NCBI GenBank assembly: GCA_963762145.1
Contig: CAVXJS010000009.1
Coordinates: forward strand, 384,001 to 448,000
DNA: 64,000 nt
From: an uncultured Candidatus Rokubacteria bacterium
GTDB lineage: Bacteria > Methylomirabilota > Methylomirabilia > Rokubacteriales > CSP1-6
Direction: 5' to 3'
Positions 57,442 to 64,000 of the stretch are shown piece by piece; positions within the stretch are counted from its first letter, which is position 1; each line of letters opens with the position of its first letter. Below the pieces are notes generated by a model. It did no database searches. It saw nothing but the letters and a program-made list of their open reading frames with translations, and was not told the origin of the DNA. The position numbers and the translations under genes were made by a program.

Positions 57442-58701
57442 CTACGGGCAGTTGGGGACGTCGCGGGAGCCGAGGCCGACCTTGTCGAACTCGGCCTTGG
57501 ACATGCCGAGACGCTGGTTGACGCCGGGCACCACCTTGACGACCTTGTTGTAGAACTCGCCGTCGGAGGCCTTGGCGACCTCGGTGACGAACGTGGTGCC
57601 GATGGCCTGGCGATTCTCGTCCAGGGTCACCTCGCCGGTCGGGGTCTTGAGCTTCAGATTCTTGAGCGCCTCGCGGTACTTCGCCTGGCCGCCCGAGAGA
57701 TCGCCCTTCACCGCGTCCAGCCCGTCGAGCGCCGCCTTCATGTTGATGTAGTACACGTAGGCGAAGAGCGAGGGGCTCGGGAAGCCGTCCTTGTAGCTCT
57801 CCTTGTAGTCGGCGACGAACTTCTTCCACTCGGCCCCCTCGTACCGGTCGGCGATGGGGCCGGCCGACGGCGTGCCGAGCAGGGACTCGCGCCGCTTGCC
57901 CTTGAAGTTCAGCACCGTCTGATCCACCGTGATCGAGCCGCCCACCATCGGCTTGCTGCCGCCCGCCTGCTCGTACTGGGTGAGGAAGTTCACCGCGTCC
58001 GCGCCGCCCAGGACCACCAGCAGCGCGTCCACGTCACCGGGGAGCTTCGCGATGACGGAGGAGTAGTCCTTGCCGCCGAGCGGAACCCACGCCTTGTGGG
58101 TGACCTTCCCCCCCGCCTTGCAGTACTCGGTCATGAAACCCTGCACCTGGGAGTACGGGAACGCGTAATCCTCCGCGATGAGCGCCATCTTCTTGTAGTT
58201 CTTGGTCTTGTAGGCGTAGTCGCCGAGGCCCACCATCCACTGGGCGCCCTCGGTGTTGAAGCGGAAGAAGTTGGGCGACGGGTCCTGCAGCGTGGTGGCC
58301 TGGGCGCCCGAGGAGCCGTTGATGAACGTGATGCCGGGCTGCGTCTTGGAGTAGTTCTTGACCGCGATGCCCTCGGAGCCGGAGAGCGGGCCGACCATGA
58401 TGTCGACCTTGTCCTGCTCCACCAGCTTCCGGGTGGCGTTGACCGCCACGTCCGGCTTGGCGTCCGACGAGGCCTTGATGATCTCGATCTTCCGGCCCGC
58501 CACCGTGCCGGCGCGCTCCTTCACCGCGAGCTCGGCCCCGCGCATGCCGTCCTGCCCACCCGCCGCGAACGGGCCTTCGAGCGTGGCGAGCAGGCCGATC
58601 TTGACTGCCGGCGCCTGGGCGGTCGCGCCCCCGGCGACGACGCCGGCCAGCATCGCCGCGCCCGCCGCCGTCCACAGTAGCCGCCTCGTGAGTGACTTCA
58701 T
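57442..58701 (-). CDS. branched-chain-type ABC substrate-binding protein
   Basis: Signal peptide, VKIGLL, GPLSGSEG and EDYAF motifs. Confidence 0.92.
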   Translation of the reverse strand: MKSLTRRLLWTAAGAAMLAGVVAGGATAQAPAVKIGLLATLEGPFAAGGQDGMRGAELAVKERAGTVAGRKIEIIKASSDAKPDVAVNATRKLVEQDKVDIMVGPLSGSEGIAVKNYSKTQPGITFINGSSGAQATTLQDPSPNFFRFNTEGAQWMVGLGDYAYKTKNYKKMALIAEDYAFPYSQVQGFMTEYCKAGGKVTHKAWVPLGGKDYSSVIAKLPGDVDALLVVLGGADAVNFLTQYEQAGGSKPMVGGSITVDQTVLNFKGKRRESLLGTPSAGPIADRYEGAEWKKFVADYKESYKDGFPSPSLFAYVYYINMKAALDGLDAVKGDLSGGQAKYREALKNLKLKTPTGEVTLDENRQAIGTTFVTEVAKASDGEFYNKVVKVVPGVNQRLGMSKAEFDKVGLGSRDVPNCP

Positions 58702-59879
58702 TGTCCCCTCCTCCTCTGGGTTAGTGCGGCCCCGGGGCCGCGGTGGAACTGCGCCTGCAGCGATCGCCGACCCTGCGCCCACCAGCCGAGCAGGCCGTCG
58801 GTCGAGAACAGCACGATGACGAGGAACACAGCACCGATCAGCAGGTTGAAGCGCTCCCGGCCGACCAGATCGACCGCGAAGTTCTGCAGCAGCACGAACA
58901 CGATGGCGCCGATGAACGGGCCGATCGGATGGCGCATCCCGCCCAGCACCGCGATGATCAATATGTTGATCAGCCAGCTCGTGCCCACCGAGCCGGGCGA
59001 GACCAGGCCGTTGTACCAGACCATCAGGATGCCGCCCACCGCCGCGATGAGTCCGGCCACCGCGTAGGCGGCCACCCGGTGCGCGGTGACGTTGAAGCCC
59101 AGCGCGCTCATCCGCCGCGGGTTGTCGCGGATGCCCTGCAGCGCGACGCCGAATGGCGCGCGCAGCAGGTAGGACACGAAGAAGTAGCCCGCCAGCGACC
59201 AGAAGAGCGCCAGGTAGTAGAAGGTGGTCGGGGCGCGCAGCTCCACGCCTCCCACCGCGGGCGTCATCACGCTCTGGAAGCCCTGGAAGCCGTTGAACAG
59301 CGAGTAGTTCTGCTGGGCGAGGTAGTAGAAGGCCACCCCGATCGCCAGCGTGATCATGATCGTGTAGATGCCCTCGGTGCGCACCGAGAACCAGCCGATG
59401 AGCGTCCCGCACACCGTCGCGATCACGAGCGCGAGGGCGACCGCGAGCCCCCAGGGCCAGCGCAGGCTGATGTCGGTGCCGCTCGTGGCGAAGATCGCGT
59501 ACATGTATCCCGCGATGCCCGCGACCGTCATCTGAGCCAGCGAGACCATGCCGCCGTAGCCGGCCAGGAACGTCAGCGAGAGCGCGATGAGCCCCAGAGC
59601 GAGCGCCTGCGCACCGATCTGATAGGTGAAGAACGGCGTGGCCACCCACGGATAGATCAGCACCGCCAGCAGCACCAGCACGTGCCGCGCCCCCACCCGC
59701 CGTCCCACCCACCGCGCCCATCCCGCCGCGGACACTTCCCCCTCTCCCCTCAGGGGAGAGGGCCGGGGTGAGGGGCGGGTCGAATCGCGCACGGCCCCGC
59801 GGCGGCCCGCGACTCCGGCGTTCCACGCGTACCGCCCCGCCCCCGCGTTCATCGCCTTCCGCCAGTCGGCCGCGCTCAC
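58698..59879 (-). CDS. LivM-like ABC permease
   Basis: GYGGMVSLAQ, IMITLA, GIRDN and VLGG motifs. Confidence 0.9.
   Translation of the reverse strand: MSAADWRKAMNAGAGRYAWNAGVAGRRGAVRDSTRPSPRPSPLRGEGEVSAAGWARWVGRRVGARHVLVLLAVLIYPWVATPFFTYQIGAQALALGLIALSLTFLAGYGGMVSLAQMTVAGIAGYMYAIFATSGTDISLRWPWGLAVALALVIATVCGTLIGWFSVRTEGIYTIMITLAIGVAFYYLAQQNYSLFNGFQGFQSVMTPAVGGVELRAPTTFYYLALFWSLAGYFFVSYLLRAPFGVALQGIRDNPRRMSALGFNVTAHRVAAYAVAGLIAAVGGILMVWYNGLVSPGSVGTSWLINILIIAVLGGMRHPIGPFIGAIVFVLLQNFAVDLVGRERFNLLIGAVFLVIVLFSTDGLLGWWAQGRRSLQAQFHRGPGAALTQRRRGQ
59737..59775 (-). repeat. REP-like palindrome inside or just before the LivM-like gene
   Basis: CCCCTCACCCCGGCCCTCTCCCCTGAGGGGAGAGGG, which reads PSPRPSPLRGEG in frame. 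Confidence 0.75.
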
Positions 59880-60787
59880 GTCCGCCTCCCGAGAATGCCC
59901 TGCGGCCGGAACGCGAGGACGAGCGCCATGATGACGAAGGTGAACACCACGCTGTAGGTGGGCGCGTAGGCGAGCCCGAACTGCTCCGCGACCCCGATGA
60001 GGATCGCCCCGATCGCCGCGCCGACGACGCTCCCCATGCCGCCCACGATGACCACCACGAGCGAGGCGAGCTGGTAGCGCGTGTCCTCACCCGGCGCGAT
60101 CGACAGCGCGGTGCCGCCGACCACCCCCGCGAAGCCGGCCAGGCCCGCGCCGATCGCGAAGGTGACCGCGAACACGAACTGCACGTTGACGCCGGCGGCG
60201 GCCAGCATCGCGCGGTCGTCCACCCCGGCCCGGATCATCATGCCCACCCGGGTCCGATTGAGGAACCACCAGAGGAGGATGCCGATCGCGGCCGACATCG
60301 CGAGCAGCACCAGCCGGTAGGTCGGGTAGACCTGCACGATCGGCAGCACGGTGCGGCCGAAGATCGCGGGAGGCGGATCGAACTGGTAGATCTCGCCCCC
60401 GAACATCCAGAGCAGGACGTCCGCCATCATGATGGCGATGCCGATGGTCACCAGGGTCTGGCGCAGGTCCTCGCCGTGCATGAAGCGGAACACCGCCACC
60501 TGGAGGATCAGGCCGAGCAGGGCCGCGCTCGCGAAGCCGGCCGCCACCGCCAACAGCCAGGAGCCGGTCCGGTCGCCCACCACGTAGCCCACGTAGGCGC
60601 CCAGCAGGTAGAGCGAGCCGTGGGCGAGGTTGACGTTGCGCATGAGGCCGAAGACGAGCGTGAAGCCGCTCGCAACGAGGAAGTAGAGCGCGGCGAGCGT
60701 CAGCCCGTTCATGCCGGTGGTCAGGAAGAGCTTGGGATTGTCCGCGAGCCCCCACACCACGAACGCGGCGGTGGGCACGCCGATCAC
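59876..60787 (-). CDS. LivH-like ABC permease
   Basis: GFTLVFGLMRNVNLAHG, VVIVGGMGS and FRPQGILG motifs. Start uncertain. Confidence 0.9.
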   Translation of the reverse strand: MIGVPTAAFVVWGLADNPKLFLTTGMNGLTLAALYFLVASGFTLVFGLMRNVNLAHGSLYLLGAYVGYVVGDRTGSWLLAVAAGFASAALLGLILQVAVFRFMHGEDLRQTLVTIGIAIMMADVLLWMFGGEIYQFDPPPAIFGRTVLPIVQVYPTYRLVLLAMSAAIGILLWWFLNRTRVGMMIRAGVDDRAMLAAAGVNVQFVFAVTFAIGAGLAGFAGVVGGTALSIAPGEDTRYQLASLVVVIVGGMGSVVGAAIGAILIGVAEQFGLAYAPTYSVVFTFVIMALVLAFRPQGILGRRT

Positions 60788-60832
60788 CAGACTCCAGAAC
60801 CACCGCCAGAAGGGGGACAGGGGCCGCTTTCC

Positions 60833-61618
60833 TTAGATGCGCTGCGCGTAGAAGCGCCGCAGCAGGTCGTCACACTCGTCGGGCTTCTCGACCATGGTCC
60901 AGTGCCCGCAGCGGGGCAGCACCATCACCCGCGCGCCGCGGATCCGCTCGCCGATCTGGCGCACCGCCTGCGCGGGCGCGATCGCGTCCTCGTCGCCGGT
61001 GACCAGCAGCGTGGGGCACTCGATCCCGCCCACCTCCACCGCCTGGGCTCCCGCGAGCGCCTCGCAGGAGCGGGCGTAGCCGTCCGGGCACTGGCGCATC
61101 ACCAGCTCCCGCACCGCCGCCACCGCTACCGGGCGGCGTGTCCGCGTCTCGGTCGAGATCGCCCCCTGCACCAGCCCGTCGGCGATGGCCTGCATGCCCG
61201 CCTCCCCTTCCACGCGCGCCTTCTCTCCCCGCGCCCGGATACCCGGCCGCGCGGTGTCGGGCGGGCACACCAGCGGGCCGAAGAGGGCCAAGCTCCGCAC
61301 CAGCCGCGGCGCCGCGATCGCCATGTGAAAAGCGATGATCGTCCCGAGGGAATGGGCGGCCACGTGCACGCGCTCCAGGCCCAGCGCCGCGCACACGCGC
61401 TGCATCGCCTGGACGAACCGCTCGATCGAGAGCGGCCCCTCCACCCGGTGCGAGCGGCCCGAGCCTGGCAGGTCCGGCCGGATCGTCCGATGGCGGCTCA
61501 TCGCGGGCAGGACCGGGGTCCACACGTTGGAGGTGCCGCCGAGGCCGTGGATCATGAGCACCGCCTCGCCGCTCCCGTCGGTCTCGACGGCCATGCGCTC
61601 GACGAACTGCGTGCTCAC
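60833..61618 (-). CDS. alpha/beta fold hydrolase (PcaD-like)
   Basis: IHGLGG, DLPGSG, AHSLG nucleophile elbow, GDED and GHW. Confidence 0.9.
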   Translation of the reverse strand: MSTQFVERMAVETDGSGEAVLMIHGLGGTSNVWTPVLPAMSRHRTIRPDLPGSGRSHRVEGPLSIERFVQAMQRVCAALGLERVHVAAHSLGTIIAFHMAIAAPRLVRSLALFGPLVCPPDTARPGIRARGEKARVEGEAGMQAIADGLVQGAISTETRTRRPVAVAAVRELVMRQCPDGYARSCEALAGAQAVEVGGIECPTLLVTGDEDAIAPAQAVRQIGERIRGARVMVLPRCGHWTMVEKPDECDDLLRRFYAQRI

Positions 61619-61749
61619 TTGGCGACGGGGGCGCACCCGAGGATGTGCTCCTCGGTGGGCATGCGCTGGCGGGCCCCGCGCGCGATCCGCGAGATGCGGT
61701 TGCCGGTCCCGTCGAAGATCCGGACGTTCGTGAACAGCACGCTGGTCAT
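61615..61749 (-). pseudogene. 44-codon chimeric remnant with an amidohydrolase-like N-terminus
   Basis: AGGAGG RBS and MTSVLFTNVRIFDGTG, followed by an unrelated tail whose stop overlaps the hydrolase start (GTGA). Confidence 0.55.
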
Positions 61750-61821
61750 GCCGCCCTCCTGGCCGGGAGCGGCGCCGCCGCGGATCGAGGGCTGCGCGGC
61801 GGTGGGCAGCTCCGGTTTCCA

Positions 61822-61879
61822 TGAGACACCTGTCTCACGCGAGTGGGCCATACTAGAAAATGCCGTGCCCTCTTGTCAA
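61822..61879 (-). promoter_or_regulatory. sigma70 promoter plus palindromic TetR operator
   Basis: TTGACA (61879-61874) N18 TAGTAT (61855-61850), with perfect inverted repeat TGAGACA-CC-TGTCTCA at 61822-61837. Confidence 0.72.
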
Positions 61880-61909
61880 CCGGCATTCCCGCGCTCACAG
61901 TAGCGCACC

Positions 61910-62596
61910 GTGAAGACGCCTCCCCCGCCCGAGACCGGCCCTTCCGGCCCGCAGGCGCGTACCTACCGGCTGCTCCTCGGCCACGCGATGACCCTGGTGC
62001 GGCGCGGGCGCATCCCCTCGGTGCCCGAGCTCGCGGTGAAGGCACGCGTCTCCCGCGCCACCGCGTACCGCTACTTCCCCAGCCGCAGCAAGCTCGTGAG
62101 CGCGGTGGTCGCGGAGAGCCTGGCCCCGGTGCGGCGCTTCGAGCCCAGCGCGGCCGACGGGCTGGGCCGCGTGCGCGAGCTGTTCGACAAGACGTTCCCG
62201 CTGTTCAAGCGGTTCGAGCCGCACATGCGCGCGGCGCTCCAGCTCTCCCTGGAGCACGAGTCGCTCGAGCGGATGGGGCTGCTGGAGGAGGAGCCCTATC
62301 GGCGCGGGCACCGGCAGTACATGCTGCACCGGGCCGCCGCGCCGCTCGCAGCCACGCTGGGGCCCGAGGCGTACGACCGCCTGATCAAGGCCCTGTCGCT
62401 GGTCTACGGGATCGAGTCGTACGTGGTGCTGCGGGATATCTGGGGCGCGAGCTACCGCGAGGTGGAAGCGGTGGCGCGCTTCATGCTGGAGGCCCTGATC
62501 GAGTCGGCGCTGCGCCAGGCGCCGGCACCGCTCGCCGCGCGAGGCGGCAACCCTGCCAGAGCCAGACCCCCAGCGCGACCACGATCGCGGGGATGA
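61910..62596 (+). CDS. TetR/AcrR family transcriptional regulator
   Basis: SVPELAVKARVSRATAYRYFPS helix-turn-helix. Divergent from the operon. Confidence 0.92.
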   Translation: MKTPPPPETGPSGPQARTYRLLLGHAMTLVRRGRIPSVPELAVKARVSRATAYRYFPSRSKLVSAVVAESLAPVRRFEPSAADGLGRVRELFDKTFPLFKRFEPHMRAALQLSLEHESLERMGLLEEEPYRRGHRQYMLHRAAAPLAATLGPEAYDRLIKALSLVYGIESYVVLRDIWGASYREVEAVARFMLEALIESALRQAPAPLAARGGNPARARPPARPRSRG

Positions 62597-64000
62597 AACT
62601 CCAGTACGGCGCGGGCCGGCGGGGGTTGGGCAGCTTGATCTCCTCGATCGTGTAGCCCGCGCTCACCCCGAGCTTGCGGGCGGGGCTGCCGAACCGCACG
62701 TTCGTGATCCGGATCTTCTCGCCCACCGCCAGGGTCACCCCGGAGCTGCGGATCCGCTCGCGCCCGTCCGAGCCCGGACCCATCGGCAGCGCGACCACCT
62801 TGCGCACCTCGTCCCCCTCGATGGACTCGCCCTTCACGCTCACGATGAGCAGCTCGTCCGGCGGCAGCCGGTCCGCGATCCGGTAGATGTCCTGGGCGGG
62901 CGCGCCCACGTACTTCGGATGGAGCTGGTCGATCAGCCAGTCCGGCCGGAAGAACAGGAAGCTGGCGATCAGGAGCAGCGCGATCTCGATCACGTGGCAG
63001 CGGGTGCGGAACCACGCCATCGTCGCGGCCGCGAAGAGCAGCGAGGCCACCATCCCGGTCACCGCGACCAGGATCACCTCCCACCACGTGGACACACCGA
63101 TGAACAGGATCTGTGGGTTGAAGATGAACACGAAGGGCAGGACCGCGGTGCGGAAGCTGTACCAGGTGGCCTGCCAGCCGGTGGCGTTCGGGTCCTCGCC
63201 CGAGATGGCGGCCGCCGCGTAGGAGGCGAGGCCCACCGGCGGCGTCACGTCCGCCATGATGCCGAAGTAGAAGACGAAGAGGTGCACCGCGATGAGCGGG
63301 ATGACCAGCTCGGCCTGTGCTCCGAGCTCGACGATGACCGGGGCCATGATGGTGGCCACCAGGATGTAGTTGGCGGTCGTGGGGACGCCGGCTCCGATCA
63401 GCAGGCAGATCAGGCCGGTGAAGATCAGCATGACCAGCACGTTGCCGCCCGAGACGTACTCCACGAACTCGGTCATCATGAGGCCCATGCCGGTCAGGGT
63501 CATGACGCCCACGATCAGCCCGGCGCTGGCGGTCGCGACCCCGATGCCGATCATGTTGCGCGCGCCCAGCACGAGCCCGCGCCAGAGATCGCCCACGCCG
63601 CGCCAGGCCGCGCCGGCGAGCGCGCCCTGACGCCGGAACAGGGCGAGCAGCGGAGGCTGCACCACCACCATCGCCATCACGGTCACGGTGGCCCAGAAGG
63701 CGGAGAGACCCGGGGAGAGCTCCTCGACCATCAGGCACCAGAGCAGCACGATCAGCGGGATCGTGAAGTGAAGCCCGGACCGCACGGTGGGCCACGGCTC
63801 GGGCAGCCGGATGATCGGCGCGGTGGGATCGTCGGGCGGGAGATCGGGGTAGCGCGAGGAGTAGGCGAGGAGACCGAGATAGGCGCCCCCGGCCAGCACG
63901 GTCAGGACCCAGCCCGCCGCCGCGCCGAACGCGTACTGCACCCCGGTGACGACGTAGTAGAGGATGGCGCACACCGCCAGGGTGCCCAGGCCGCCCAGCG
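62481..64000 (-). CDS. TRAP transporter 4TM/12TM fusion permease, 3' part
   Basis: GVPTTANY, HLFVFYFG and DVTPPVGLA motifs, plus a DUF3394-like C-terminus. Confidence 0.92.
   Translation of the reverse strand, partial: LGGLGTLAVCAILYYVVTGVQYAFGAAAGWVLTVLAGGAYLGLLAYSSRYPDLPPDDPTAPIIRLPEPWPTVRSGLHFTIPLIVLLWCLMVEELSPGLSAFWATVTVMAMVVVQPPLLALFRRQGALAGAAWRGVGDLWRGLVLGARNMIGIGVATASAGLIVGVMTLTGMGLMMTEFVEYVSGGNVLVMLIFTGLICLLIGAGVPTTANYILVATIMAPVIVELGAQAELVIPLIAVHLFVFYFGIMADVTPPVGLASYAAAAISGEDPNATGWQATWYSFRTAVLPFVFIFNPQILFIGVSTWWEVILVAVTGMVASLLFAAATMAWFRTRCHVIEIALLLIASFLFFRPDWLIDQLHPKYVGAPAQDIYRIADRLPPDELLIVSVKGESIEGDEVRKVVALPMGPGSDGRERIRSSGVTLAVGEKIRITNVRFGSPARKLGVSAGYTIEEIKLPNPRRPAPYWSFIPAIVVALGVWLWQGCRLARRAVPAPGAAPTRSGPPA

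Noticed and set aside
62481-62596. Convergent 3' overlaps (TetR/TRAP here, MFS/PLD at 33199-33252)
   Set aside because: These are low-complexity tails typical of stop-poor high-GC DNA.

Overview
High-GC bacterial chromosomal window. The gene style (multi-GAF kinase, several amidohydrolases, TTT/TRAP/branched-chain ABC transporters, wHTH-ATPase-TPR regulator) is reminiscent of Ca. Rokubacteria/Methylomirabilota, but this is inference only. About 55 CDS and one tRNA-Asp(GTC) are present, with no CRISPR array, rRNA, integrase or transposase. Two stretches (~11.6-25.3 kb and ~47.4-51.4 kb) are full of single-base indels that look like long-read consensus errors. The main signal hidden from the ORF track is three genes split by an in-frame TGA exactly at a conserved catalytic Cys: an OsmC protein, an ArsC-like UxxC protein and a Zn-dependent MDR alcohol dehydrogenase (ACGV-U-GTD). 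The first two are followed by hairpins sharing a GGUUC apex, which fits bacterial SECIS elements. The dehydrogenase would have selenocysteine as its catalytic zinc ligand. Other notable items: a Sll1717-type STAND ATPase fused to a class III nucleotide cyclase; a receiver/partial ECF sigma/ChrR-cupin fusion inside a sigma54-motif-rich stress region; a TetR-controlled ABC/Tm-1-like/TIM-barrel/flotillin/SRPBCC operon with a deletion scar; a haloperoxidase-family protein with a changed active site; and REP-like palindromes.
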